A stretch of 64,000 bases of DNA from an uncultured Bacteroidales bacterium (GTDB taxonomy: Bacteria; Bacteroidota; Bacteroidia; Bacteroidales; UBA11471): positions 3,832 through 67,831 of the forward strand of contig CANQQA010000006.1 in NCBI GenBank assembly GCA_947625885.1, in the 5' to 3' direction. Positions within the stretch are counted from its first letter, which is position 1; each line of letters begins with the position of its first letter. The position numbers and the translations under genes were made by a program. The notes beneath the pieces were generated by a model. The model was not told the DNA's origin, did no database searches, and saw nothing but the letters and a program-made list of their open reading frames with translations. Of the stretch, positions 1 to 10,710 are shown one piece after another.

Positions 1-126
1 CAAATTGTTTTCAAGAAAAGCGACAATAAGTAAGATTTTTCTTCTCTTTATTGCCAAAATGTCGATTTTTTATTTTCTTTGCCCCGTTCAAATAAAAGCC
101 ATTCCACACATATTAAAACAGACACT

Positions 127-1974
127 ATGTCAGAAGAAACAAAAGTGAACGTATTGGAAAAAGTAGTCGTCCGCTTCTCGGGCGACTCCGGCGACGGTAT
201 GCAGCTTGCCGGCAATCTTTTCTCCAACCTTTCCGCCGCTATTGGGAACGAAATCTCGACTTTTCCCGATTATCCGGCAGAAATTCGCGCCCCGCAAGGA
301 ACGCTGGGCGGCGTATCGGGATTCCAAGTGCATATCGGGAAAGGCGTCTATACGCCCGGCGACAAAGCAGACGTGCTTGTAGCCATGAATCCCGCCGCGC
401 TCAAAACCAACATCAAGTACGTGAAACCGACGGGCATCGTGATTTTCGATACCGACTCTTTCCAGAAAAGCGACCTCGAAAAAGCGGCATTCGCCACAGA
501 CGACCCGTTCAAGGAGCTGGGCATCGTGCAACAGCTCGTACCCGTCGCCATCTCGTCGATGGTCAAAGATTCGTTGGCAGATTCGGGGCTTGATGCCAAA
601 GCCGCCCTGCGCAGCAAAAATATGTTCGCGCTCGGACTCGTATGCTGGCTCTTCGACCGTCCGCTCGACCAAGCCGAACACCTGCTTCACAATAAATTCG
701 CCAAGAAGCCGTCGGTGCTCGAAGCCAACGTCAAAGTCATGACCGACGGCTACAACTACGGACACAACATTCATGCCTCCGTATCGACCTGCCGCATCGA
801 AACCGCCAATGTGAAAAAAGGCATATACACCGACATCACCGGCAACCGCGCAACGGCTTACGGACTCATCGCCGCATCGGAAAAATCGGGACGTCCGCTT
901 TTCCTCGGCAGTTACCCCATCACCCCCGCCAGCGACATTCTGCACGAACTCGCCAAACGGAAAGACCTCGGTGTGAAAGTGGTACAGGCAGAAGATGAAA
1001 TTTCGGGCATTTGCACCGCTATCGGCGCCAGCTTTGCCGGCAATCTGGCAGCGACGTCCACGTCGGGTCCCGGTCTTGCGCTGAAAAGCGAAGCCATCGG
1101 TCTTGCCGTTATGGCGGAACTGCCGCTGGTCGTCATCGACGTACAACGGGGCGGTCCCTCCACCGGTCTGCCCACCAAGTCGGAACAGACCGACCTGCTC
1201 CAAGCGCTCTACGGACGCAACGGCGAATCGCCTGCTGTCGTGCTGGCAGCCTCCACGCCGACAAACTGCTTCGACATGGCTTTTGAGGCGGCAAAAATAG
1301 CCCTTGAACACATGACGCCGGTAATCCTGCTCACCGACGCTTTCATCGCCAACGGCTCGTCGGCATGGCGCATTCCCGACATGAACGAATATCCCGACAT
1401 CAAACCCAACTACGTGAAGCCGGAAATGCTCGCCGACAACTGGAAACCGTACAAACGCGACCCCGAAACATTCGTACGCTACTGGGCGATACCGGGCACG
1501 GAAGGATTTATGCACCGTCTCGGCGGTCTTGAAAAAGACTGCACGACGAGCGCCATATCCACCGACCCTGCCAACCACCAGAAAATGACGAACCTGCGGC
1601 AGGCGAAAATAGATTACATCGCCACGTGCATTCCCAAGCTCAACGTACAGGGAAATCCCGATGCCGACCTGCTCGTTGTCGGCTGGGGCGGCACATACGG
1701 ACACCTCTATTCCGCCGTCAGCGAACTGAATGCCGAAGGCAGAGCCGTCGCTCTTGCACACTTCAACTACATTAACCCGCTGCCCGCCAATACCGCCGAC
1801 GTGCTGAAACGCTACAAAAAAGTGGTCGTTTGCGAGCAAAACAACGGACAATTCGCCACGCAGCTACTCTCGAAAGTACCCGGACTCTCCGTTTCGCGAT
1901 TCAACCGCGTACAGGGACAGCCGTTCATGGTGAGCGAACTGAAAGAGCATTTCATCAAACTTATGGAGGAATAG
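127..1974 (+). CDS. korA: 2-oxoglutarate/2-oxoacid:ferredoxin oxidoreductase alpha subunit
   Basis: ORF 79..1974. KorA-like N-terminus (RFSGDSGDGMQLAG), about 615 aa, followed 4 nt later by the TPP-binding beta subunit. Start moved to the first ATG (MSEETK) because position 79 is a TTG. Confidence 0.9.
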   Translation: MSEETKVNVLEKVVVRFSGDSGDGMQLAGNLFSNLSAAIGNEISTFPDYPAEIRAPQGTLGGVSGFQVHIGKGVYTPGDKADVLVAMNPAALKTNIKYVKPTGIVIFDTDSFQKSDLEKAAFATDDPFKELGIVQQLVPVAISSMVKDSLADSGLDAKAALRSKNMFALGLVCWLFDRPLDQAEHLLHNKFAKKPSVLEANVKVMTDGYNYGHNIHASVSTCRIETANVKKGIYTDITGNRATAYGLIAASEKSGRPLFLGSYPITPASDILHELAKRKDLGVKVVQAEDEISGICTAIGASFAGNLAATSTSGPGLALKSEAIGLAVMAELPLVVIDVQRGGPSTGLPTKSEQTDLLQALYGRNGESPAVVLAASTPTNCFDMAFEAAKIALEHMTPVILLTDAFIANGSSAWRIPDMNEYPDIKPNYVKPEMLADNWKPYKRDPETFVRYWAIPGTEGFMHRLGGLEKDCTTSAISTDPANHQKMTNLRQAKIDYIATCIPKLNVQGNPDADLLVVGWGGTYGHLYSAVSELNAEGRAVALAHFNYINPLPANTADVLKRYKKVVVCEQNNGQFATQLLSKVPGLSVSRFNRVQGQPFMVSELKEHFIKLMEE

Positions 1975-1978
1975 AGCA

Positions 1979-2992
1979 ATGGACAACAAAGTATATACAG
2001 CCAAAGATTATAAAAGCGACCAATATGTGCGCTGGTGTCCGGGTTGCGGCGACCACGCCGTCGTAAACACGCTGCAAAAGGCAATGGCGGAGCTGGGAAT
2101 ACCCCCGCACCGGATAGCCGTCATATCGGGTATCGGCTGCTCCTCGCGCCTGCCCTACTACATGAACACCTACGGATTCCACACCATTCACGGGCGCGCT
2201 GCCGCCATCGCCACGGGCGTGAAAACCGCCAACCCCGAACTGACCGTATGGCAGGTGAGCGGCGACGGCGACTGCCTCGCTATCGGCGGTAACCATTTCA
2301 TTCACGCCCTGCGCCGGAACATCGACCTCAACATTTTGCTGCTGAACAACAAAATCTACGGACTGACCAAAGGGCAATACTCCCCGACGAGCGACCGAGG
2401 CGCCATTACGAAATCGTCGCCCTACGGTACGGTGGAAGACCCTTTCGTACCGGCTGAACTGACCTTCGGCGCACGCGGACACTTCTTCGCCCGCTCTATC
2501 GACGTCGACCTCGAAGTAGCCAAAGAGTGCATGGTGGCTGCCGGACGCCACAAAGGCGCCGCCGTCGTGGAGATACTGCAAAACTGCGTCATCTTCAACG
2601 ACAAGATTCACAGCTTCGTCGCCGACAAGGAATTTCGTGCCGACCGCACCATTCACCTGCAGCAGGGCAAGAAAATGATTTTCGGCAAGAACAACGACAA
2701 AGGTCTCGTGCTCGACGGCTACACACTCAAAGCCGTAACCATCGGCGAAAACGGCGTAACCCTCGACGATATTCTCACCCACGACGCCACGATGCCCGAC
2801 AACTTCCTGCACCAGCGTCTGGCAATGATGGACGGACACGAACTGCCACTGGCTGTCGGTGTAATACGTGCCGTGGAATTTCCTACATACGACCGCGAAG
2901 TCGAAGCGCAAATCGAATCGGTACGTTCGAAAAATCCGACAAAAACGCTGCGAGAACTTCTGCTCTCCGGTGAAACATGGGAAGTAAAATAA
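1979..2992 (+). CDS. korB: 2-oxoglutarate/2-oxoacid:ferredoxin oxidoreductase beta subunit (TPP-binding)
   Basis: CPGCGDH cysteine motif near the N-terminus and the GDGD TPP-binding motif (VSGDGDCLAIGGNH). Tightly coupled to korA. Confidence 0.9.
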   Translation: MDNKVYTAKDYKSDQYVRWCPGCGDHAVVNTLQKAMAELGIPPHRIAVISGIGCSSRLPYYMNTYGFHTIHGRAAAIATGVKTANPELTVWQVSGDGDCLAIGGNHFIHALRRNIDLNILLLNNKIYGLTKGQYSPTSDRGAITKSSPYGTVEDPFVPAELTFGARGHFFARSIDVDLEVAKECMVAAGRHKGAAVVEILQNCVIFNDKIHSFVADKEFRADRTIHLQQGKKMIFGKNNDKGLVLDGYTLKAVTIGENGVTLDDILTHDATMPDNFLHQRLAMMDGHELPLAVGVIRAVEFPTYDREVEAQIESVRSKNPTKTLRELLLSGETWEVK

Positions 2993-3010
2993 AAAACGAG
3001 TCTTTATAAA

Positions 3011-3045
3011 AAAGGGGAACGCAGCTTGGTGCGCTCCCCTTTTTC
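3011..3045. terminator. bidirectional intrinsic terminator between convergent korB and the M16 peptidase gene
   Basis: Hairpin aaaggggaacgc / gcgctcccctttt (9 bp, one mismatch) with an A-tract on one side and a T-tract on the other. Confidence 0.6.
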
Positions 3046-3057
3046 GTATCATTGCGT

Positions 3058-4284
3058 TTATCGGTAAATAAGGGTCGAAAGCACGGATTCATCGAAAATT
3101 TCGTTCGCGACCTCCAACAGTTGCGATGTCGTTACCGCTTCGATGCGGGCGATGGATTCCTCCAACGATTCGTATTTGCCGTATCGCAAAAAAGATTTTC
3201 CCATGCCCAACGCCGTCGTCTCGTTGCTCTCCGTACCGATAGCCATTTGTCCGATAAGCTGCCGCTTGGCATTTGCCAGCAGCATGACGGTAAGCGCATT
3301 TTCCCGCAGGCGGCGCAACTCCCGATGCAAAATTTCCAGACAAGCCTCCGTTTTCGACGGGTCGGTACCGAAATAGACGGCAAAGACGCCCGTATCGGTA
3401 TAATTCGTTACCGACGATTCCACCGTATAAACGTAGCCTTTTCTTTCACGCAGAGCCACATTGAGGCGGCTGTTCATACCGGGACCGCCGAGCAGGTTGT
3501 TCAACAGAAACAACGCGAAACGCCGTTCGTCGAACAAGTGGCAGGCTCGGCTGCCCACCAATGCGTGCGCCTGATGCGTATCGAAATGCCGCATCTTCGT
3601 AAACGGAATAAAAGCGGAGGGAGCAGTGCGGACGAGCGGCACGCCGACGACATCGTCGGCATCGCCCATATAACGGCTCAAAGTCGATAAAACACGATGA
3701 AACGGCACTGCGCCCAGAAAGAAAAAGACCAGCCGCGACGGAATGTAATGCTGCTGCAAAAAGCGTCTCCCCATTTCCGACGTAAAAGAAGAAAGTGTTT
3801 TCTTGTTTCCCAAAATAGGGTGCCCCAGTGCGTGCGACGGGAAAAGCAAATCCTCAAATTCATCGTATATCGCTTCTGCCGGCGTGTCCTTATAGGAATT
3901 TATTTCATCGAGTATCACCTCTTTTTCGCGAACGATTTCCGACTCGGGAAACTGCGAATGGCGTATCAGGTCTGTCATCAGCTCCACCGCTCGCGACAGA
4001 TGCTCATTCAGAAAAACGGAATACACGACCGTTTCCTCTTTCGTGGTATAGGCATTCAATTCGCCGCCGACATTTTCCATGCGGTTGAGAATGTGCCACG
4101 AGCGGCGGCGCTCCGTACCTTTGAACAAAAGATGCTCCACGAAGTGCGCCAATCCTTCCTCGCCCTTTCTTTCATCGCGCGTCCCGGCATCGACGGTAAA
4201 TCCGGCATACGAAACGGCAGATGTGCCCCGACAATAAACGATACGCAAACCATTCGGCAATATATGTGTTTGATAATCGGTCAT
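3058..4284 (-). CDS. M16 (pitrilysin/insulinase) family zinc peptidase
   Basis: Inverted zinc motif HxxEH (HFVEHLLFKGT). Start set to the ATG at 4284 (MTDYQTH) because 4308 is a TTG overlapping the -7 box. Confidence 0.85.
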   Translation of the reverse strand: MTDYQTHILPNGLRIVYCRGTSAVSYAGFTVDAGTRDERKGEEGLAHFVEHLLFKGTERRRSWHILNRMENVGGELNAYTTKEETVVYSVFLNEHLSRAVELMTDLIRHSQFPESEIVREKEVILDEINSYKDTPAEAIYDEFEDLLFPSHALGHPILGNKKTLSSFTSEMGRRFLQQHYIPSRLVFFFLGAVPFHRVLSTLSRYMGDADDVVGVPLVRTAPSAFIPFTKMRHFDTHQAHALVGSRACHLFDERRFALFLLNNLLGGPGMNSRLNVALRERKGYVYTVESSVTNYTDTGVFAVYFGTDPSKTEACLEILHRELRRLRENALTVMLLANAKRQLIGQMAIGTESNETTALGMGKSFLRYGKYESLEESIARIEAVTTSQLLEVANEIFDESVLSTLIYR

Positions 4285-4305
4285 ACGCTTTTCTGTTTTC
4301 AACGG

Positions 4306-4313
4306 CAAAAATA
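4306..4313 (-). promoter_or_regulatory. Bacteroidetes -7 promoter box (TATTTTTG) for the M16 peptidase gene
   Basis: Exact match to TAnnTTTG on the minus strand, about 22 nt upstream of ATG 4284. Confidence 0.5.
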
Positions 4314-4429
4314 CGACAAAAACCGCGACTCAAAAAGAAAAGCGGGGTTTACTACAATAAAAAGGGAAAAAATGAACCACGTATCGGAAAGATTCCGTAT
4401 CTTCGTAACATCATACAAGATCAACCGAC

Positions 4430-5053
4430 ATGATTCCGACGGTAAACATACAATCCATTCTGCAACAGGAAGCGCAAGCGATATTGAACATTCCCGTGAA
4501 CGAACAGTTCGATAAGGCAATCGCACTCATTACGGAACAGGTACACCGCAAAAAAGGCAAACTTGTAACCAGCGGCATGGGCAAGGCGGGTCAAATAGCC
4601 ATGAACATCGCCACCACTTTTTGTTCCACCGGCACGCCCGCGGTATTTCTGCACCCGAGCGAAGCGCAGCACGGCGACTTGGGTATCTTGCAGGAAAACG
4701 ACATCATGTTGGTGATTTCCAATTCAGGGAAAACGCGCGAAATACTCGAACTTCTCACGCTGGCAAAACGTTTGTATCCCGACCTGCTGTTCATCGTCAT
4801 TACCGGCAACGACAGCAGCGAGCTGGCGCAAAAAGCCGATGTATGCCTCTACACCGGCGCTCCCGCCGAAGTGTGTCCGCTCGGACTTACACCCACCACC
4901 TCCACCACCATGATGACCGTCATAGGCGACATACTGGTGGTCGGCGTCATGCAAACGACCGGTTTCGATGCCGCCCAATACGCCCTGCGGCACCATGGCG
5001 GCTATTTGGGACAGCGCTCCCGTCAACAATGTCAAAAAGACCCGAAAGAATAG
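4430..5053 (+). CDS. SIS-domain sugar-phosphate isomerase (KpsF/GutQ-like, no CBS domains)
   Basis: SIS motifs GMGKAGQIAMNIATTF and VISNSGKTRE. At 207 aa it lacks the C-terminal CBS pair of KpsF. Confidence 0.75.
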   Translation: MIPTVNIQSILQQEAQAILNIPVNEQFDKAIALITEQVHRKKGKLVTSGMGKAGQIAMNIATTFCSTGTPAVFLHPSEAQHGDLGILQENDIMLVISNSGKTREILELLTLAKRLYPDLLFIVITGNDSSELAQKADVCLYTGAPAEVCPLGLTPTTSTTMMTVIGDILVVGVMQTTGFDAAQYALRHHGGYLGQRSRQQCQKDPKE

Positions 5054-5057
5054 GAAT

Positions 5058-5987
5058 ATGCGTAAAATCATCGGCATCGGAGAAACTATCTTCGACATCA
5101 TCTTCAAAAACAATGTCCCGACCCGTGCAGTGCCGGGCGGTTCGACGTTCAACAGCATGATTACGCTCGGGCGCATGGGCGTCCCCGTGCACTTCATCAC
5201 GGAAGTGGGCAACGACAAAATCGGGAACATGATTCTCGACTTCATGCGCGACAACAACCTGACGACCGAAAACGTCGATGTTTTCGACGACGGGCGAGCC
5301 CAGTCGCCGGTATCGCTGGCATTCCTCAACGACGAAAACGATGCCCAATACGCATTTTATCAGCAATATCCGGAAAAACGGCTCGATTTCGTATGGCCTA
5401 TCGTCGAAGCCGGCGACCTGCTTATTTTCGGTTCGTATCACGCCGTCAATCCGCAATTACGCGACAAAATGACCGAATTTCTCTCCTACGCCCGCGACCA
5501 AAAAGCCATTATTTACTACGACGTGAATTTCCGAAAGACGTATGCTCACGAAGCGATGCGCGTCATGCCGGCTTTTCTCGAAAATCTCGAATATGCCGAC
5601 ATCGTTCGCGGTTCGGGCGAAGACTTCGAGACGCTGCTCAAAGAAAATTCTCCCGAACGCATCTATCGAAATCACATCTCTTTCTATACGCCGAATTTCA
5701 TCTTCACCGACGGCGGAAAAGGGGTTGATATTTTCTGCAACGCCGGGAATCGCCACATCGACATACCCCCGATAAAGACGGTCAGCACTATCGGCGCCGG
5801 AGACAATTTTAACGCAGGTATACTTTTCGGATTGCTGCTCGAAAACGTATCGCGCGACGAGTTGAACAACCTGTCGCTCGCCCGTTGGTGCGAAATCATA
5901 AAGCACGGAATTGCTTTTGCATCAGAGGTTTGCCAATCATACGACAATTACGTTTCCAAAGAATTTGCGGCTACTTATCCGCGATAA
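5058..5987 (+). CDS. PfkB-family carbohydrate kinase (fructokinase-like)
   Basis: Ribokinase/PfkB signature TIGAGDNFNAG near the C-terminus. Start set to ATG 5058 (MRKIIGIGE), 5 nt after the SIS gene stop. Confidence 0.85.
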   Translation: MRKIIGIGETIFDIIFKNNVPTRAVPGGSTFNSMITLGRMGVPVHFITEVGNDKIGNMILDFMRDNNLTTENVDVFDDGRAQSPVSLAFLNDENDAQYAFYQQYPEKRLDFVWPIVEAGDLLIFGSYHAVNPQLRDKMTEFLSYARDQKAIIYYDVNFRKTYAHEAMRVMPAFLENLEYADIVRGSGEDFETLLKENSPERIYRNHISFYTPNFIFTDGGKGVDIFCNAGNRHIDIPPIKTVSTIGAGDNFNAGILFGLLLENVSRDELNNLSLARWCEIIKHGIAFASEVCQSYDNYVSKEFAATYPR

Positions 5988-6067
5988 GTCCGGCATCTGA
6001 AAAATCTTTATCCGAACTAATATTCCTTAAAGGAATTAAAGTTCCTTTTTCGGAAAAAAGAAATTTC

Positions 6068-6075
6068 TATTTTTG
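6068..6075 (+). promoter_or_regulatory. -7 promoter box (TATTTTTG)
   Basis: Exact TAnnTTTG, 18 nt upstream of ATG 6093. Confidence 0.45.
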
Positions 6076-6092
6076 CTTTCAGGAAAATAGAA

Positions 6093-7148
6093 ATGAAACA
6101 TCCGTTGAAATTTTGGTCGTTTTTGGTCGCATTCTCGCTGACGGCTTGCACCTCGCAACCCGAGATAGAAACGATATGCGAAGATTTGGGTGCATGCCAT
6201 TACCTTATCAAATGGGACGTCCTGCCCGAAACGAAAGGCAACGTAAAAATATTTGTATCTTCCGACCCCGAAAACTTCACGACACAAGAGCCGGTAATGC
6301 AAGTCCCCATTGCCGAGAAAATCTGTAAATTGCATCTCGACGGCAGACCGGATATCCGTTATTACTTCCTATTGCGTTTCAATCGTCGGTACGACCGCAT
6401 CGTCGCAGCCCGTACCCCCCACAAAATAGAAGGCAACTTTCGCGACATCGGCGGCTACAAAACCGCTGGGGGAAAAACCGTCCGGTGGGGTGCAATATTT
6501 CGCACAGGCGTCATACCCGCGCTCGACAAGGAAAGTATGCAAAAATTCCAAAGCCTGCATATCTGCACGTGGATTGACTTCCGCGACTCCGTCCGTTACA
6601 TCGAACCGGACTCCGCACTATGCCTCCAACAGGTACACCATTTTCCTATCAACCTTATCACCTCGAGCAGCATTTATGAACAGCTCGGCAACGAGACGCT
6701 GCGACGAGGCGATGCCAACATCTTCATGCAAGACCTCTTCATGGACCTCATCGAAAAAGGGAAACCGATTTATCGGGAAATGTTCCGACTGTTGAGCGAA
6801 AAAGAGAACTATCCCGTCGTTCTGTGCGACAAATACGGAAAAGATTATGTAGGCTTCGCCACCGCTCTGATACTCTCCGCGCTCGACATTCCGGAAGAGA
6901 CGATATACCGAGATTTCCTCCTCAGCAACCGGCACCTCGACCGCAAAGCCATTCGCATCGACAGCAACGAAAGCACCACTGACACGCAAGAGGCAGCCAC
7001 AGCCCTGATGACCACCCAGAAACAACAGCTCTCCTGTGCCATGCAGCGCATCAAGAAACAGTATGGCAGCATACAAAACTATTTGCAAACCGAATTAGAC
7101 CTTACCCCCGTCAAACAACACGAACTACAAGCCATTTTATTATACTGA
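6093..7148 (+). CDS. lipoprotein of the tyrosine-phosphatase (Y_phosphatase3-like) family with a degenerate active-site loop
   Basis: Lipoprotein signal (LVAFSLTAC). Family-typical FRDIGGY..GG..VRWG..FR block. The P-loop reads LCDKYGKDYVG instead of HCtAGKDRTG. Confidence 0.7.
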   Translation: MKHPLKFWSFLVAFSLTACTSQPEIETICEDLGACHYLIKWDVLPETKGNVKIFVSSDPENFTTQEPVMQVPIAEKICKLHLDGRPDIRYYFLLRFNRRYDRIVAARTPHKIEGNFRDIGGYKTAGGKTVRWGAIFRTGVIPALDKESMQKFQSLHICTWIDFRDSVRYIEPDSALCLQQVHHFPINLITSSSIYEQLGNETLRRGDANIFMQDLFMDLIEKGKPIYREMFRLLSEKENYPVVLCDKYGKDYVGFATALILSALDIPEETIYRDFLLSNRHLDRKAIRIDSNESTTDTQEAATALMTTQKQQLSCAMQRIKKQYGSIQNYLQTELDLTPVKQHELQAILLY

Positions 7149-7230
7149 ATCTTTCACAAAAAGTTGGTGTAGCGGAGGATTATCGAAAATTTAATTGTTG
7201 CATGACGCGGGAAAATAGAGAATAATCGCG

Positions 7231-7238
7231 TATCTTTG
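7231..7238 (+). promoter_or_regulatory. -7 promoter box (TATCTTTG) for the DEAD-box helicase gene
   Basis: Exact TAnnTTTG, 108 nt upstream of ATG 7346, implying a leader of about 100 nt. Confidence 0.5.
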
Positions 7239-7345
7239 CGCGCAAAATGCCGGAACAGTCTGCCGATTTTCATTTTCCCGCCTCGTTGAAATAGGCGTTT
7301 GCAGTTCTGTTTTTCGGAAAAATTCATCATTTCAAAACCTGACGA

Positions 7346-9118
7346 ATGAAATCATTTGAAGAATTGGGCGTCTGTGCCGACATACTGCGCGCCATTACCG
7401 AAATCGGCTACGAAGCCCCCATGCCCGTACAAGAAGAAGTTATCCCCCTGCTGCTGAACGAAAACACCGACATCGTAGCCCTCGCCCAGACGGGAACAGG
7501 CAAGACGGCGGCTTTCGGACTGCCTATCATACAGAAAACAGACCTCTCCATCGCCGCACCGCAAACACTTATTCTCAGCCCGACCCGCGAGCTGTGCCTG
7601 CAAATTGCCGGCGACCTCAACGACTATTCGGCTTATATCAACGGATTGCGGGTGCTTCCCGTATATGGAGGGTCAAGCATCGAGAGCCAAATTCGCTCGC
7701 TCCGCAACGGAGTGCATATCATCGTCGCCACACCGGGCAGGCTTATCGACTTGATTCATCGGGGCGTGGTGCATCTCGACCACGTCCGCACCGTCATTAT
7801 GGACGAAGCCGACGAGATGCTCGACATGGGCTTTACCGACAGTATCAATGAAATTCTGGAACAGGTGCCTGCCGAGCGGCAAATGCTGCTTTTCTCGGCA
7901 ACCATGCCGCCGGAGATAGAACGCATCGCCAAAAACTATATGCACGCGCCGCGCGAAATCGTCATCGGCAGCAAAAACGAAGGGGCGGCAAACGTGAAGC
8001 ACGTCTATTACCTCACCCACGCCAAAGACAAATACCTCGCCCTCAAACGCATTGCCGACTACTATCCCAATATCTACGGCATCATATTCTGCCGCACCCG
8101 CCGCGAAACGCAGGAGATTGCCGACTCGCTGATAAAAGACGGCTACAATGCCGATTCGCTGCACGGCGACCTCTCGCAACAGCAGCGAGATGCCGTAATG
8201 CAGAAATTCCGCCTGCGAAACCTCCAATTGCTCGTGGCAACCGATGTCGCCGCACGCGGACTCGATGTCGATGACCTTACCCACATCATCAACTACGGGC
8301 TGCCGGAAGATATCGAAACCTACACGCATCGCAGCGGACGAACGGGTCGCGCCGGAAAGACGGGCACATCTATCGCCATTATCCACACCAAAGAGAAAAA
8401 CCGTATGCGCAACATCGAGCGCATTATCGGAAAAAAATTCGAGAAAGGCACCATTCCTTCGGGCAAACAGATTTGCGAAAAACAGCTGTTCAACCTCATC
8501 GACCGCCTCGAAAAGGTGAAAGTGAACGAAGAAGAAATAGCCCCATACCTGCCGGTTACGCTCAAACGGCTTTCGTGGCTCTCGACCGAAGATCTCGTGA
8601 AACGGGTCGTCTCGCTCGAATTTAACCGGCTGCTCGAATACTATGCCGACGCCGTAGAACTCGACGTGCCCGAAGAAAGCAAAAAGGAAAAGCCCGCACA
8701 GGAGAAACGGCAGCGGGGACGCTCCCGCAAAGCCGCCGAAGGCTTCGAGCGGTTGCGCATCAATCTGGGAAAAGCCGACGGATTTTTTCCGAACACCCTT
8801 ATCGACATGATAAACCGAAACACCTCCGGTCGCCGCATCGTCATCGGCAGAATAGACATTCTGCCGGAATTTTCCCAATTCGAAATCGAAGAACGCGACG
8901 TGCCCGTTGTCGTTTCGGCATTGAAAAATTTGAATTTCTTCGGGAAACGGGTACAGATAGACAAAAAGGATTCTGCAAAAGAAAACAATATCCCGACAGA
9001 TAAAAAAACACGATTTCATCGAAAAAAAGAGGATTTCGTAACCGACCGACCTGCCAAAAAAGGCTATCGCTTCGACGACCGGAAAAAACAGTATAAAAAC
9101 TCAGGAAAGAAAAAATAA
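7346..9118 (+). CDS. DEAD-box ATP-dependent RNA helicase (DeaD/CsdA-like, DbpA-type C-terminal RNA-binding domain, basic tail)
   Basis: Motif I AQTGTGKT, motif II DEAD, SAT, and motif VI HRSGRTGRAG. Lys/Arg-rich C-terminus. Confidence 0.92.
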   Translation: MKSFEELGVCADILRAITEIGYEAPMPVQEEVIPLLLNENTDIVALAQTGTGKTAAFGLPIIQKTDLSIAAPQTLILSPTRELCLQIAGDLNDYSAYINGLRVLPVYGGSSIESQIRSLRNGVHIIVATPGRLIDLIHRGVVHLDHVRTVIMDEADEMLDMGFTDSINEILEQVPAERQMLLFSATMPPEIERIAKNYMHAPREIVIGSKNEGAANVKHVYYLTHAKDKYLALKRIADYYPNIYGIIFCRTRRETQEIADSLIKDGYNADSLHGDLSQQQRDAVMQKFRLRNLQLLVATDVAARGLDVDDLTHIINYGLPEDIETYTHRSGRTGRAGKTGTSIAIIHTKEKNRMRNIERIIGKKFEKGTIPSGKQICEKQLFNLIDRLEKVKVNEEEIAPYLPVTLKRLSWLSTEDLVKRVVSLEFNRLLEYYADAVELDVPEESKKEKPAQEKRQRGRSRKAAEGFERLRINLGKADGFFPNTLIDMINRNTSGRRIVIGRIDILPEFSQFEIEERDVPVVVSALKNLNFFGKRVQIDKKDSAKENNIPTDKKTRFHRKKEDFVTDRPAKKGYRFDDRKKQYKNSGKKK

Positions 9119-9149
9119 ATATCCACTCTTACCAAGTGTAAATTTTTTG

Positions 9150-9157
9150 TACTTTTG
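9150..9157 (+). promoter_or_regulatory. -7 promoter box (TACTTTTG)
   Basis: Exact TAnnTTTG, 23 nt upstream of ATG 9180. Confidence 0.5.
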
Positions 9158-9179
9158 TATCTTAAAAATAAAAGTACTC

Positions 9180-10694
9180 ATGAGTTTTACGTCGTCTTTC
9201 ATCAATCCGTTTTTCGCCGGACGGCAGCACCGCCACGACGAATATGCAACTCATGGCGACACGCTGCAAAAAGAGCAACTGCAATACCTGCTCCGCATGG
9301 CGCGGCAAACGGAATTCGGACAAGAGCATCATTTCAACGAAATACGCGATTATGCCGACTTTGCCGCCCGCGTGCCCGTTGTCGATTACGAGGGCATGAA
9401 GCCCTACATCGACCGTATGCTACACGGGGAAAACAATCTGATATGGTCGTCGAAAATAAAATGGTTTGCCAAATCATCTGGAACGACCAACGACAAAAGC
9501 AAATTCATTCCCGTAAGCGACGAATGTCTGAAAAAAGATCATTACCAAGGCGGCTTCGATTCGGTGGCTGCCTATCTGCGCCACAACCCGCACAGCAAAA
9601 TGTTCGCCGGGAAAAATCTCATTCTCGGCGGCAGTCATGCCATCAACCCGCTTTCTCCGGAAATTTCTTACGGCGACCTGTCGGCGGTGCTGCTCCAAAA
9701 CAGCAGTCTGATTGTCAACCTCCTGCGCGCACCGCGTCTGAAAATCGCCCTGATGAGCGAATGGGAAGAGAAAATAAAAGCCATCGTCGGCGACACGATA
9801 CACCGCAACATCGTAAGTCTCTCCGGCGTTCCGTCGTGGATGATGACCCTTATCAAGCGAATCCTGCAAGAATGCAAAGCCGATAACCTGTGCGAGGTAT
9901 GGCCGAATCTCGAAGTGTTTTTCCACGGCGGCATCAGCTTCGAACCGTACCGTCATTACTACCACGAACTGATACCTTCGGACAATATGCACTATGTGGA
10001 AACCTACAATGCCTCCGAAGGATTCTTCGGCATACAGAACGACCCAGACCGGCACGATATGCTGCTGATGCTCGACCTCGGCGTATTCTACGAATTTATG
10101 CCGCTTGCCGACATCGACTCCGACAATCCGCGCCTGCTACCCGTCTGGGAAGTGAAAGAGGGCGAAAACTACGCCCTCGTTATCTCCTCGTGCAACGGAT
10201 TGTGGCGATATCTCATCGGCGACACCGTAAAAATCACCTCGACGGCTCCCGTAAAATTCATTATCTCGGGACGTACAAAGCACTACATCAACGCTTTCGG
10301 CGAGGAATTGATGGTTTCGAATGCCGAAAAAGGGCTGGCGGAAGCCTGCAAAGCCTGTCATTGCAAAATCATCAATTACAGTGCCGCACCGGTATTCATG
10401 TCCGACAAAAGCCGCGGACGGCACCAATGGCTTATCGAGTTCGAGAAAGCGCCGGAAGATATGGAGGCATTTGCCGACCGGCTCGACACGGCGCTGCAAC
10501 AGGTAAACTCCGACTACGAAGCCAAACGCTACAAAGGCATTTTCCTCGACCGGCTCGAAGTTATTGCGGCTCGTCCGCACCTGTTCGACGATTGGCTGCG
10601 CGAAAAAGGGAAACTCGGCGGACAGCACAAAATTCCCCGCCTGAGCAACAATCGCGACCTAATAGAAGAAATGTTGAAACTAAACCGTAAATAA
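9180..10694 (+). CDS. GH3 (auxin-responsive promoter) family adenylating enzyme
   Basis: About 505 aa with an SSGTT nucleotide-binding motif ([17 protein letters not shown]) and overall resemblance to the bacterial GH3 family. Start set to ATG 9180 (MSFTSS). Confidence 0.8.
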   Translation: MSFTSSFINPFFAGRQHRHDEYATHGDTLQKEQLQYLLRMARQTEFGQEHHFNEIRDYADFAARVPVVDYEGMKPYIDRMLHGENNLIWSSKIKWFAKSSGTTNDKSKFIPVSDECLKKDHYQGGFDSVAAYLRHNPHSKMFAGKNLILGGSHAINPLSPEISYGDLSAVLLQNSSLIVNLLRAPRLKIALMSEWEEKIKAIVGDTIHRNIVSLSGVPSWMMTLIKRILQECKADNLCEVWPNLEVFFHGGISFEPYRHYYHELIPSDNMHYVETYNASEGFFGIQNDPDRHDMLLMLDLGVFYEFMPLADIDSDNPRLLPVWEVKEGENYALVISSCNGLWRYLIGDTVKITSTAPVKFIISGRTKHYINAFGEELMVSNAEKGLAEACKACHCKIINYSAAPVFMSDKSRGRHQWLIEFEKAPEDMEAFADRLDTALQQVNSDYEAKRYKGIFLDRLEVIAARPHLFDDWLREKGKLGGQHKIPRLSNNRDLIEEMLKLNRK

Positions 10695-10710
10695 CAGAAA
10701 AACAGAACGT

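Noticed and set aside
130-1851. 573-aa minus-strand ORF antisense to korA
   Set aside because: It has the same shadow-ORF signature, with no start context or promoter box and no recognisable domain. korA on the plus strand is unambiguous.
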